A stretch of 64,000 nucleotides of DNA from NCBI GenBank assembly GCA_035084275.1, contig CM068753.1, positions 8,432,001-8,496,000 of the forward strand. Reading direction: 5' to 3'. The position numbers were made by a program, and so were the translations under genes. The DNA is from Hydrolagus colliei (lineage: Eukaryota). Below the pieces are notes generated by a model. It ran no database searches. It was not told the DNA's origin and was given only the letters and a program-made list of their open reading frames with translations. Shown piece after piece: positions 9,256 to 24,200 of the stretch (positions within the stretch are counted from its first letter, which is position 1; each line of letters begins with the position of its first letter).

Positions 9256-12200
9256 GTGAGTGAGAGTGTTGGGTTTGATGAAATTGGTACAGTAGTGTGT
9301 TCTAATGAATACTTTCAGTGAGTAATCTAATGCACAACTACTGTTACACTTGACAGGTACACATTTTATGATGGACCTCCTTTTGCCACTGGTCTTCCTC
9401 ATTATGGGCATATACTCGCCGGGACAATAAAAGATATAGTGACGAGATACGCTCACCAGAATGGGTTTTACGTGGAGAGAAGATTTGGATGGGATTGTCA
9501 TGGCTTACCTGTGGTAGGTTTCCAAAACGTGTTAACCCAATCGAGAATGGTTATTGTATTTATTGTATTTTTTTTTGAGGGGAGAGGGGGGGGGGGGTTA
9601 GAGAACCACACTAGTCCTATGTCAAATTTTAAAAATTTAAGTTTATCATCAAAATCCATTAAAAAAAACTTGGAATCACATTGACCTTTACAACAGGAGT
9701 ACGAGATCGACAAGACCCTGGGAATAAAAGGACCTGAAGATGTGGCAAAAATGGGGATTGCTGAGTACAACAAGCACTGCCGAAACATAGTTATGAGATA
9801 CTCAGATGAGTGGGAGGTAAGTACATTAACCCATGATGTATTGAAACAGAATTAGGAAAAAAGGAAGCATTGAATAGGCTTCAAACGATATGAACTCATC
9901 AATGTACCTTTTCACATGAACTGTTTTGTAAATGTATTTTTATTGTTTTGAACCATAGAAAATAATATCAAAGAAGGACATAGCCCACAGTGTCTGTGCT
10001 GACTCTTTGACAGTTATGGAGCACTAAAACAGCCTTCAGGGACTTTAGTATTCGTTTCTTTATTATGTCTGATTTCATGTGCTATGAAATCAAGCTATTT
10101 AATGGTGTTCTAAAGTATTATAAAGCCAAAGTTTGTTTTTTTGCTTATTTTTATTACTAGATCTCTGTCACCCGATTAGGACGCTGGATTGATTTTAAGA
10201 ATGATTATAAGACCCTGTACCCTTCATTCATGGAAACTGTCTGGTAAGTCTTGTTGATAAAGCAACAGTAGATTTTATTTTTATTGAAACCACACATTTA
10301 ATGGAAATTTTGTTTGTTGACAAGTAATAGTTGGAAGATATACTTCAGAAACATACACGTGTGATCTCTCAGTACCATTCTAGTGGTTTTACAATCTGGA
10401 GATATTGAAGTTTTTATCTTGATGGGTCCTTCTTAAATATTCCATTCATAATTTTAATATGAGCTGCAATTCATTTGAAAGAAAGGTGAAGCTTATGGAG
10501 TAATACGTTTGTAGTTTAAAAGTTTTGTAGAAATTCAATACCACGTCTTCACTGTTATCTTCTATCCCTCTGGATATAAAGCCCAGGATCCCAATGGCCT
10601 TTTGTATGCCCTTACCTACTTGTGTACTTCCAGAGATTTAAGGCTTTGAATCCCCATATGTTGCTGCACCTCTATTCTTGGGTTTAATTCATTCAGCCAA
10701 GGAATGGGGATGCGATGCAAACAGAATAATTTTACAGATGTGAATTTGGAGAACTTCAAATGTGTTACTGTTAACTACATATAAGTATCATTGTGCGCAC
10801 ATTTTGTCCTGAATTTTTATTGCATCTGGATATCTGTCCATTATTTAGGTGGGTGTTCAAACAATTATACGACAAGGGTCTGGTTTACAGAGGAGTGAAA
10901 GTTATGCCATTTTCTACTGCATGCAACACTCCACTCTCCAACTTTGAATCGCATCAGAATTATAAGGTGAGCATTACTTTGAATTATTATTCTCTAACCC
11001 TGTAGGAGAGACATTTGCTAATGTACAATGACAATAACAACTTGCACTTATATAGCGCCCTCCACGCAGGGTAACGTCTCAGAGCGCTTAACAGTGTCGG
11101 ACCCTAACTGAATTTTTGGTGTTGCTGAGCCTCATATTCACAGGAGTCAGTGTAAATCTATTTTTTTTTAATGCAATCTTCAAGTGTCAGGATGGTGTTC
11201 ACCTGTGTGTGAGGTGTGTATGTTCTCCCAGGTGGGGGTGGGGGGTGGGGGGGGGGTTCATAATCGGAGAGATGGGGCATGTGGATTTCTAGAATTTAGA
11301 AACAAGAGATTTGCTGTTCAGCCCTTCGAGCCTCTAAACTACAAAACATGGAATTTCAGTGATAACATCAAAATTATATTTGTATAGCAAACCACACAAT
11401 TACAGAGATGCTATGATAGCTGTAGTTTATGCATTGGACCTTGGGGCCACATTCCAGTTTAATTAACTGTTTTATCTTTTTTTACCCTCCCAGCTTGTTT
11501 AAAATGAATTGATTTGTATTTGAGAGACTATCTAATACAGAGATTCATTTAATGATATGTCATTAATTTAGTAGAAATTAATTTGGTTAATTTGGGTTTA
11601 TGGAATAAATAGCTGTATATTCTATTGTATAATAGTTTATAAGGTGTTCTACTTGCAATTTAAGTGGGATCCCTCATTGGGAGATCCTCTCAACACAAAA
11701 GGTGCTTTAAAAATATAATATTGTATTTACAGTTCATACACCTGCCTCTAGATCATATAAAGCTGCAGTGATAGTTTGTGGTTGGCTACATTTTTATATT
11801 TTGTTCTAATGTTTGCAGGATGTTCAAGATCCTTCTGTTATTGTGACCTTCCCGTTAGAGGAGGATCCTAATGTATCCTTGGTTGCTTGGACAACAACAC
11901 CATGGACCTTACCCAGCAACCTGGCTGTGTGTGTCAGCCCAATATTCCAATATGTAAAGATCCAAGGTAAGCCTTGAGTCTCTGTTGGTGTGCACAACCG
12001 CTGTGAGGCTTCTTTGTAACTCAATGATATTTTCAATGAATCTTATGATCAGGACTTTGCCCAGTAGGGAGCGGCAGGTGGAGACCCCAGGCTCACAATG
12101 CTATGGGCAGCCCTGATATGGGTTTCCCCAATAACCACCATTAGCAGGACGTCTGATTGTGTCAGGGGATGTGGTGTCAGCCTGGCTTAGCTGGTAGCAC

Positions 12201-15200
12201 TCTCGCCTCTCAATCAGAAGGTTGTGTGAGGATTATTATTATTATTAAACCGAAGGCCTGTCTGCCTGTACAGTTAGACATTAGTAGATCACATAGATTC
12301 TGCCATTTGAAAAGAGAATGGTTTTTTTTCTGTTGTTCTGGCCTACAATCCGCAAATATCCAGGTCATTCCCTGTTTGTTTGTTATGCGCAAATTAGTTG
12401 CCATGTTTTACATTTTAAATCTTGAGACACACTTTGAGAGATTCTCCCAGTGTGAAAGTCACTACCAAAAAATGCAATGATTATTTATTGTTCTATTGTG
12501 GCCCTCAAAAGAAAACTCTAGATATGTTTCTTGTCTCACCTCTTCAATGATCTTATTCAGTGATTCATTGTTCCATCTCTTTAAGATAACTCTACAGGAA
12601 AAGTCTACATAATGATGGAAGCCAGGCTGGCAGCTCTCTTTAAATCTGAGGAGGAGTACACAATTCTGGACAGGTTAGTGCAATTGCTATTCAATTCAAG
12701 TGCGATACTTGTTTTGGTTGTACATTAAGAAAATGTCTTAATTACCAATTGGTCTTGTTGAGGCTTTGTCTGCGGATAATTCAAGAGGATATTTTGGCTG
12801 CTAAAAATGTATCTTTTATTTCTCCCATAGATTCAAGGGTATTGATCTGAAAGGCAAGAAATACAAACCATTGTTTGATTATTTTTTAAAGGTAGGATTG
12901 AGTTAATGCCTCTGGCTGAAATTACTACTGTTTTAATGCTGATTATTGGTGTGCAATACACACTACCAGAAAGATTTATAGAGACTACTTACTCAACAAA
13001 ACCTGGACTATATGTACAAGGGAATTTCACGCTGATCCAACTGCAAATCACAGCCAAGAATAGTAATTAATGTGTGCAACAATGTAGTGCTTGACATAAC
13101 CTTCAGGAGCTTTTTAATAATGTACCAGTGTTTCCCTGACCCCTTGAGGGAGCCAACTGTTTTTGTTCAAGAAAGCGTAAATTCATTGGTTTTATTTTGC
13201 AACAATCTATGATGTATTATGTCTTCATGTTTAGTTTTTAGTCAATAAAGTAAATTAATGAAGTGAGTCAAATGTGCCTCTCATAGCACCAATAACTCGC
13301 AAGTTTTGGCCATGCTAATTAGGTACATCTTCATCTTAACTGTGTTAACTGTTCCATTATGTTCCAGCTCAAATTACACACAAGTGAGGAAATGGAACAG
13401 TTTGTTCGTTCCAATCTTCCACCTATTTCGGCGTAAAATATGCCCAAACTTCCTTCAGTGTTTTTAAGAAGTGGAACCCCACATATGATGGCGCCCATGT
13501 TAGTGGGTGTGCTGTTATCAACCACATTTTGTAGTGATTGCTGAAGTGCATTTTTTTGTAGCATTTGAAACTTGACTGTGACTGACAGCAGAGCTGACTG
13601 ATTCATTCCTGCAGCAGCTGAGAGCATCTCATTCACATTCTGTTCCTCTCCACTAAATGAACTTGTTGCAGTTCAGACCGTAAAATAGTTTTATAGTGAA
13701 TTCAATTCTGAGGCCTGAGATTAATCACAGTGGACGTTGGTGTTCAGTAAGAAACAATATAAGCTCCAGTCGTCAGTGTTGCTGGTGCATGAGTTTATTC
13801 TGGCTATTTTATTTTAGAATGTTAAAGGAACAAGTTATTAATTACGGCCAGTTTCTTTAATTCTGCTGGCACATTTTGCAAAACTTTGAATTCATTTTTT
13901 TAATTCAATTTGTTTAATAGTGTTAGAATATGACAGATTAGCTGGTCTGAAATTGGAGAGAATATATTTAATATCACACATAATTACCTGATTCTGGAGA
14001 GAGCAAGTGTCAACACTGTTCATCAGTCTTCATTTTCCCATGTGTACGTACACCTTTTCTATTAGTTGTAAGAAATTGTATACCAAAACAGATTGATTGG
14101 TGTGCTTTAGTAAGTTCTCTCGCATGTTGCATGTAGGTGGCTACAACTAATTATGCTATTGTTACAGAGCAAAGAGAGTGGAGCCTTCACTGTGTTGGTG
14201 GATACATATGTGAAAGAAGAGGAAGGAACCGGGGTGGTGCACCAGGCTCCTTACTTTGGAGCAGTGAGTACATTTACTTAATGCTTCTTACATTTGAGAT
14301 TGGAGTTTCTTTATATTGGAGTAAATATCACATCTTTTTCTGGAGCACAGTGTAGCAACTGCTGCTTATTAGATATCTGGCCTAGAAATAATTGATTAAA
14401 TTGGAGTCTCAGTCTGCTGTGGGGTCTGACACTGTGGTTTTTGCAGGACGATTTCCGTGTCTGTGTTGATTATGGCATTATCCAGAAAGATTCTACACCT
14501 GTTTGTCCTGTGGATGCATCGGGTTGTTTCACAGCTGAAGTGACGGACTTTGCTGGACAATATGTGAAGGTTAGTGGTTGGGTAGTTTTTCACTGTCCTA
14601 ATATATAGTTTGCTTTCTTTATATGCCATATAGAAAGTTTAAAAAATATATGTCTCAATGGGTTTTTGAAATCATTTGCCTTCGCTTCATCGGAACGTTC
14701 GTGCAATATGATGTCGAGACTTTTTTTTCATAGTTTTGATTGAAAAATCTTGCACTGTTACTTAACTGCTTACTCTCTTAGGATGCAGACAAGTACATCA
14801 TTAAGTATCTGAAAGATAAAGGACGAATGGTTCACAGCAGTACCTTCAAACACAATTACCCATTTTGCTGGAGGTGAGTGACATGATCAAGTGAGTAGCT
14901 TCTATTGTGTGTGGAGAATTGCCCAGTGCAGTTCAATCAGTCAATACCATCATAATACATAGGAGGAAAGAGAGGCTTTTCAGTTCCTAAGGGGGTGGGT
15001 GGGGGGGAGGGTTGGCACAATGACAATGGTATCCCAGAAAACAAAACCAAGCAAGTAAATCAGCTAATTGGGTAATTGACCAAATGACCCATTAAATTGC
15101 TTTGGTAAATTTGACAATTGCCCTTTCGGGCCACTAGGTGGCAGTATACCATTGAAAGTTGAGCTCTTTTGTCCCAGTGATATAAATAGTGATGTCCTGA

Positions 15201-18200
15201 CATGTCTTTTATTACTATAAGGTGAATTATTTGAATCTAGTCCAGTTCTCCAGTGGTATTCGGTCATCTGCTTTTCTAACAAATTTAACCTTTCATTTTC
15301 CTTGAAAAGGGACATTAGTTCTGCCTGGGTTGGCCCTGGGACCTTTTGAAAGTTGCCTTTCACTTGTTGTTTTGTGATCTGTTAAGCCAACAACTTATAT
15401 TAGCATAACTTGTGCTTTGGTTATGAAAAATCTTGGCAGTCTAGGTAATAAAATATATTTTTTAAATACCTTAATGTGTTTTTTTGTTGAAATTTTGTAA
15501 ATTTACACAATTTTAATATTTCTTGTGGTTCATTTAAAATCTATAAAGGTGGAAAATAATGATCTTCATTAATCAAAGAAAATTGAACATTTCAGAAATA
15601 CTGAATGTGAGCTCAGCGTCAGATGCAAAAGCTTATTTTGTAGCCAAAGTTTAAACACAACCTTCATATAATTCAGGTGGAGAAATGGCAATTGAAGAAT
15701 CATTAAATAAAACATCCCATCATTGTGTAATAAATGATGCTTCATTTATTACACAAAGTTTTTTCTGTATTATGGTTGATCTGTCTTGTACAATGAGGAA
15801 ATGGTCAATGTTTTTATTCAATTGGTAATTATATATATATACATATATATACAGTATATTGTATGACATAAGCACAGTGGTTGTAAATCTGGTGAGATGT
15901 ATATGACAATATACATCTGTTCCTAACAGCAGTTTCACAGCCTATTGCAACAAAAACAGAAATCACTGGGAACACTCAGCAGGTTAAGTAACGATTTCTG
16001 TTTCAGATTTCCAGCAGATGTAGTATTTAGTGTTTCTGTCACAGCCGAATGCCCCTGTTTTGTTTCTTCAGGTCAGATACGCCACTCATTTACAAAGCTG
16101 TGCCAAGTTGGTTTGTGCGAGTTGAACACATGGTGGATAAATTGGTGGAGAACAATGGACAATGCTACTGGTAATGTATTACCTGAATGCTTCCATCTTT
16201 TGGTAGTAATTTTGTGTCCAAAAAAAAGGGAACAGGGAAATTAGTGGAATTGGTTAAAAGGCATATTTAAACTTCTTTGTGCACTGCTGCTTATTGAGGA
16301 TCACTCCTCATTCTTAACAATAATAATCCTTACAGTTGGTACAATGCCTTAGCACATTAGAACAACGTCATCAATCTCAAAATGCTCCTCGGGGTTCACT
16401 GAATTACAGGATATTTGGAGGTAACTATTTTTACGGTTTAAAGTGGTATAAAGTGATCTTTCTGATATGATTTAGTACAGTGTGGGCTAACTGAGAGAAC
16501 TCTTTTACAACATTCTCCTACTGGAATAAGGAAAAACAAGCTTACAACACCATTCTTTCCTTGAGTGCTTTGGGATGTCCTCCCCATGTGAGAGGCTCTT
16601 GTTTTCATCTTGCACCTGAGCTGTTATGACTCTGCACCAGGGTACTGGATTTATATCGTTCAGAGGAAATCACACTATGTAAACCCACTGTTTGCCATCA
16701 CTGTATTTGCTTTCAGGTGAATCCTGTGGGTTTTGTGTGCTGAATAAATCTTTATGTATAGATTTGTTTGTGGTGACATCGTGAATTTTTGGGAGTGATA
16801 TTTTTATAATCTAAGTTGGAGTGAAGTTTCAAATCATTAGCTTATTCTCACAGGGTGGGGAAGAGAAGTGTTTTCGGTGAACTTTACACTGAATCCTCTT
16901 GCAGGGGAGTTTAAAGATAGAATTGTTGCTCTCTTGAATCACCCAGCAGTTCACACGACCCAGTTGTGTTGTAATGGGCCTTTCAAATCGGGAGGACGTC
17001 CCAAGGCGCTGGATAGTCAATGTTTCAGACCCGAGCTGGGTCATAACCCATGTTATGAAATTGCTTGGGACATGTGGTATATGAAATCACCCATTTCAGC
17101 GACTTGCTCTTAGAAAATCTAATCAAAAATCTTTCCAAAGCACCAGTGGGAATTTCTTTAAAGCCCACACTTACTGACTAAGTTAATCTATGGAAATTTA
17201 AAGCTCTATTTCCCTTCTCTGCAGAGGTAGATTCTCCAGTTTTATATTTTCTTCCCTGCCTGGAATTAGTATCTGTTTCTTCTGAATTTGTTCTCACATG
17301 GGAAGCCTCCAGCTGCTTGAAGTATTGTATATTTTATTTACGTTGGGGAGCACTATCTATATCCTAATGTCTTCAAAGTGGAGTCATGTGTATGCACGTT
17401 CAAATCCAATGAATTCATGAATGTTTAATTTGTTCTCGTTGTTGGTAAACTACAAAAACGTGAAAGGAAAAAACTGCTGAGCCGAGAGGCTTTCATTTCA
17501 CTGCCTTAAACATGATTTCTTTTCATTTCAGTGTTTGTTTTGGACCTTTGCCCAAAATCAAATACCCATAACTCCAGCTGTAAAGTTTTGTGCACACGAT
17601 TCTGAAGTTAAACCAGAACTTTACTTGGGGAATATTTTTTGTGCCAAGTTAAATAGTTCACAGGCAGAGCTATGATGTTTTTAAAATTGCAATTTTTTTT
17701 GGAAACCCCCCCCAGCATAGACCATAATATCATGGACCTGGGAGTCACGAGGGGGCTATTTAGAGTTGAACTGGCTCCAAGCTGACAATAATGTTTAACA
17801 ACCGGAATTGCCCCAGCCCTCTGATGGTCTCCAGTCCGGTTCCTGAGCTCAGCGTGTCCACAGTATTCCAGGGCTCACACTCCTGATGATATCCCAGCCC
17901 TGCCCATCGGTAGGATCTGGAAGGGCAGACCAAGCACTGCGGGGCAGGGAATCATCCCACTGCAGCTCCTGTTAACCCTGCAGCCATATCCCTAACTAAA
18001 GGGGAGGGTAGCCCTGGCTGGACAAGTAGGGGGTAATTTTTCCAGACAGAGCCCAAAGGGTACCAATCAGACAAAAGTGATAACTGATCGCTCTTTTCAA
18101 AGAGCCGGCACAGACTAGATGGGCCGAATGGCCTCCTTTTGTGCCGTAAAATTCTATGAATCTATGAATCTATCACCGTTGCCTCTTGTATCTGATTGGG

Positions 18201-21200
18201 AATTCAATAATTCTGTGAAATTTAGCTAATTGATTGACGTGTCTCTCATTCAGGGCAATGGGAACCTGTGGGACTAAGTGCGGGTTGTGTGGGGGATGGT
18301 GCAGATGAGATTCCTGTTTTGGGAGAAGGGACAATTGCTCTCATTCTCCCATTTCAATCGTGCCTTTGGTCATCTTCCCATCCTCCACCTCTCTTAATTC
18401 CCATCCCCATCTCGTGAAAAGGTGCTATATAAAGGATTAATTAAGTAATAATTAATTATATAAATAAAATCTGTTATTGTTGCTACATGGATAGGATTGT
18501 GGTAATCTCAGTTGTTGTCAGTTGGGTGGCTTCACGTCAGGAGGTGGGTGATTGGGAAGTTAATTAAAAACCAAAAGAGGGCCTGCTTCACAGCCAGATT
18601 GAAATTTCAAAGCCCTAGAGTTTCAATATTTTCTTATCAGCTGTGCCACCAGGCCCTTTGTAACACTCATAAAAGCGCTTTGTTTTGTGAGTAAGAAAGT
18701 AAGGATTGCCTGTGCTGTCTGTTATATTTTTCTCAATGATTCAGTAGTATTGTCTTATCAAAAACCAGGTTAATCTTTCTCAGATTATCATTTGAAAGGA
18801 TGCAAAAAACAATATGCAGAGTTGCTGTTGCACCTTTCAAAGGCTTATAGCAAGGCTTTCTCTGTGTTTAACGATAATTTCATTATCAAGCTTGGGACAT
18901 AATTTCCAAGTAATTGAAATGTTCTCCAGTATTTGTGTCTAGGATTGTAGAGTTCTCAAATGTTTCTAAAGTCGGGCTTGTGTTTTGTTACCCATTTGGA
19001 AGAAAAAAGTTGTAAAACACACAATTGTGTACCAGCATTGTAAAAGGTACTTGGCAGCTTTTGTAAATGTTCACGGAGGTTAGGCATCAAGGGGAAGAGA
19101 AGTCTGGCCAAAGTACCGCTCTCTGTAGGAGAGGAAAAGGCCGAGAAAGAACATCACTGGAACTTAGCACATTGCTAATGAAGTGTGATAGGTATATTGT
19201 TCAGAGCATGTTATAGCAAGGGACAAGCTTTACAATCCCCGATTTCTGCTGGTTGCTATGAAAGTCATCGCTGGTAGCCCGAACAGGAGCCTGGGTAGAG
19301 AGAAACATTACCAGAATCATTGCTAAACCAGCTGAGGTGTGAAGCTAGTTGCTGATACTACATTTGTCATCAGTTAGTAGCTTTAACATGGTGCTCTGCA
19401 TGACTTGTGTGAATTTGGTGCATGCAATTGACTCCGAGAGTCAAGTATAGGAGGCCAAGTGCTTTAATGAACCTTAATCTCTGTCTGTTTGCCCTTCAAC
19501 CCATGCCATTTGGGTTTATGCCACAAGATGGTAGTATTTAATGCCATTTATTTCAACATTTTGCGCAGGTTTACATTCCCTGAACAGAAGTGTATAAATA
19601 TCCAATTGTATGTCGGCTGTGTTTGTGTTAGTGCCTGAAGTGGGTGTGGGGCAATGTGCAGGAGGGATAGAGATGTTCTAGTGCAGCATAGAAAATTGTT
19701 GAATCTTCCGAGGGCAGGTTTCATGTAACCTGCTCATGTATCCTCATCACAGGGTTTACCTGCCAACACATTTGTTATATTGGTAATATGGGGATATCTA
19801 GTTAGAATTGTTCAAATCAGAAAGCGAGATTTACTTTTCGTCTTTTTTGGTCACTTTCCACGACTCTGGCACTAGCTAAACACTAGTTTAGTTAACTGTA
19901 ATACAGGTTGATGCACAATCTGGTTGATTTAAAACTATATCATAATAAATGGAGAAGTGGAGAACGGCAAAGATTTTACTGAAGTGCCGCAACTCAATTG
20001 GGCAAACAACAATAACCCTTATCTTTGATATAGTGCCTTACACATCATTCCGATGTCTCAAAACACTTCTCTAGATAAAGTGTAAAGTGAATTGGCTGTA
20101 TTTTGTGAGCTAAACATGGCATTGAGTTGCGTTCAGCAATGTCCCACAAACAATCATGGAGTGAGTGACTTTTTTATTTGGTGCACTATTGGCTAGGATA
20201 CCAGAGAGAGAGAGAGAGAGAGTTGGGGGACGGAGAGAGATTTGGGGGACAAGAAAATAGATCCCATGTCAAAAGCTGTGATGTTGTCCTGAGTAAGGGT
20301 GGCAAATGATTAGAAACCTACCTCCTTGTCTGAGTCACTTTATATGAAAAAGATGAAAAAGATGAGTAAATGGTAATCCTGACTTACCTGGGTCCCACCA
20401 GTGTCTGTTTAATCAGTGTGCTGCAAAAGTCTTACCTTTTAAGGGTTGGGAAATGCTGTGTCCATTTTAGCAGGCTCTGCTACTCCATCATTTGGTACAT
20501 TAAAGTGACGCATGTGGCTTACTCCCTACAGGGCCTACTGCCTGGATGGAGTGTTAATGTGTCTGATAGAAGTGGTGCTGCTTGCATGGTGCTGGTGAAG
20601 CATGCAATGGGCAGAGATTTGTGACTTGCCTATTTGAATTCTGTACAATTTGGTCACGTTCCGTGCTCCCAATGCTGTGAGACATCTGACCTGGTGTGTC
20701 TGGAGCTGCACCCTGTTGCGCTCCTCAGTATATTTTAGTTTCAGCTGTGGTGTTGTTTTGGGTTAAAATGAGATGAGGAACCATCATGCAGCTACATTAA
20801 GGGATCATCTGTGAAGCTGCACGTTCATCCTCTATACAAACCGGAGACTAATTGCACAGGGTGGCTGAGATCTTTGCTGTGTTACTGGGACATTGCCTGA
20901 ATATTAATGCACAGCTTGTGGCCATGGCTATCGGGCGGAATCAGATGAGGAATACTGCAGCACCAAACCGTGATATCACCAAACCTGCTTGTTACTGTAG
21001 GCCCATTTTGGGAGCTGAGGATCAGCTGAAATGTGAGGTGATAATTATTCAGTTATGTCATATCATATGGGTGACACGTCATTTATTTCAAATATCATTG
21101 GTAGAAGACGAGCCACTTGGGATGAGTTTATCGCATTAACATTTTGATGTAATATGTCACTTCAGACATGAAGTATGTGATGTTACTACAGTTTAGGAGG

Positions 21201-24200
21201 ATTGGTGAACAGATGCTTTATTGGGATCCTGATTCCTGCATCAATGTGCTGGAGAATTCAAGGCTTCAGCCTTGAATTCAAATTGCTGCAAATACAACTC
21301 ATCTTGAAAGTTGTTAAAAGCCAATGGAGGCTGTAGCTGTCTGAGTTAAATCTACTGCTTACAGTGCAGTGAACTTGTCAAGTCTGCATGTTACTGGTGT
21401 TGCTTGTTAACAAATAGATTATGTTAATTATGAAGAAAAAACCTTAATGCTTTTAATCATGCCTACACAAATTCTCTCAGGTCTTCAGTTCTCTGTGAGC
21501 GATTTACTCCACATAATCTGAAATAATTGGTTTAGAGATATAGACTGATTGAATCTTTGGTTACTAACACATTTATAAGGTGAAATGTTATGATTCTCCA
21601 CTATGAAGTTGGTAGTGCAAACTGTTACCACCAGTTAGAATAGCCATGTTTCATTGCAGTGTACTTTCCCAGGTTACTAAACACTCAAATTTTTCTCAGT
21701 TTGGCACAGCATTGGGAGATACCTGTGTTCAGAATACTGTGTAGTTAGACAGGCTGGGAATCAATGCTAGGTTTATTACAAACATATTTGGGGATCCTTG
21801 GCCCAAATGTTTGCCTTTATTTTTAATAGTGGTGATCATGCTGCTGCTTTTGACCAAAATGAGCTACTTGTGGAATTAGCTCCATCCTCCAGTGTGTGAA
21901 ATGCTTGATCCCGGTTGTCCACCATAGTTGTCCACCATCCATGGCCTGTTCTTGGATATGGGAAAAGGATAAGCATTTTCTGTAAAGTGTCTTTCTGTCA
22001 TTGGGATACCGATTGTGTCATTGGCACAGGCTGTCATTCCTATTATGTCATTTTGATTATTGACATTGCTGGTCTTCCAGAGTTGTCCTATATTGATGCC
22101 AGTGTTTTTATTGGATGGATTATTCGATGGATTTGGCAGAACGCCAGAGCTCTCCTTACAGTTCATCTTTGCAATCTGAGGCTTATAAAATTGCACCTGA
22201 GATGAACTAATTTCCATTTCAGGTTTACATTCACCAGTGACTATTATAGGGAAATGTATTGCAGCTTACCTTCTCACCAGAATGAGCAATATGCACTTAA
22301 AGCATACGTCAGCGTCTTTGTGGCAGATAGTTATACTGAGAGAACTGAAATGTTCCTGCTCTCAAACTGCTGACAGCTTATACCCTATAAATATTAATTT
22401 GATAAAAATTAGCATAATCTTGCCATGCATAATTGCCTTTAAATGTTGCAGCCTTTGCGGTATTGTGCTGCAGGATTTGGTAAGCCATGTGGCACCATTT
22501 CAGCAAAAGTACCGCTGAATTTAGCCAGGTTATACAAGCCCAGATGGTAAAGCTGAAACTACATTCCCACAGAATTATTTCACATGATGGTAAAATCATT
22601 GTTTTTATGCCTCGGGTACAGCTTAATATTTGGTCTACATTCACAGCTTAGTTGAAGTGCATTTAATGCGACCCTTCCTGAGATTCCAGACTCTTGTTCC
22701 AATCTGGGCCTTGGTAAACGATTAAGCTGATTTACTTCAGAATCGTCGCTGAGCAGAGAGAAGCTGAAACCAGGAAAATCATCAGTTGTTCTTTGTACCG
22801 ATTGTGCCCTCTTCCTGTTCACTGAGCAGTAGTGAGTGAGGCTGTAAAGATACCAACAGGGTGTTCTATCAAACCATCAATGACTGAGAGTTCAGCAACT
22901 CTTCCCCTGCTCTCTGGAATTCAGAATCCATTTGTCTAGTGCCCTCTACCAGCTTTTAAATCCATATCCCCTCCTGGCCCCTCACCCATGTTCCCATTCT
23001 GGTTATTTAAGCTTTATAATGGGTGTCAGAGGGCTATTGTCTGCTGTCCTGGCTGAGATCAGCTGATAGCACAGCTGGGATTTGATCTGATTTGCGAGCT
23101 CGAGCACTCTATCTGAGTGGTACATTTATCCACTTGGCTGTTGATGGCAAGCATTAAAAGAAAATTCTATAGAAACCTGGGCATTATTGCTTTATTGTGT
23201 GTAAAGCACCTTTAGAATTCAGAATGGTTTTGGGCTGCACATTCCTAATTGATTCATATTGTACAGCGAGGTATCTCTTCTGGTTTGTCAGATTATTATT
23301 TTAGAAAATCTTTTGTCAGAAATTAAAATATTCCCAAACTGACACCAGCAGTGGTGTGACTGAGCTCACCACTGATTCTAATGAAGTGTATTTTCAATGT
23401 GGGTGGATAGCATTATACACTAATGTCAAAGTGCAAAGCTGATATTTCTATATTTCCCACGGTGATAGATGATCTACACAAGTGCGAATTTCTATCCTTT
23501 GGACTTTTCCTATGTGGGCTTGTTAGAGTGTCAGTCTGCCTGTTGATGGCACTCTCTGATATAGTAGTGTTTGCAATCGTCAGTCTCCTCAGCTCTTCAC
23601 AGAATATGCTGTAAAGTGATGTAACTGTATTTTGTGGGCGAACACGGCACACAATTTGTTCCCCACAATGTGCCATAAACAGCCAGGGAGTGAGCGACCA
23701 ATTTTATTTGGGGAATGTTGGTCACGACACAGGGAGAGTTTGCTTTTTATATCATGCCACCAGACTTTTAATATCCACCTGGAGTTGAGAGTCAGTTTAG
23801 ACTACGGCTCAAGTCAATATTGGCAGAAAAGCTGCAATATTAGAGGTGTTGACTTTTGTATAAGATGTTAAACCCCAGGACTTGTCTGCTTGTTCTGGTG
23901 GACACTAAGGAAACCATGGCTGTATTGAATGAGAGAGGAGTTTCTTCCGATATCTTGGCCAACAACCCTCCACAAATATTGTTCATGGATTTTTTTTGTG
24001 AGACCATGTTTGCCTATAAATAGTCATTACACTTAACAGTAATCCCTTTGTACCGCTTTGAGATATTTCAGTGTAATAGTTGCTATAAAGATGCTTGCTT
24101 TCCGTTAAAGGCCCGTTGCCAATGGGGATGGGAAACAACCAAATCTATGACTTGTATTTCATGAATAAAATATACAAATGATTTGAATCTATAGAAAAGT

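Noticed and set aside
13530-13640. H/ACA-like boxes (ACAGCA ... ACA-ttc) in intron 9
   Set aside because: Could not build two convincing hairpins with pockets; such boxes are frequent by chance
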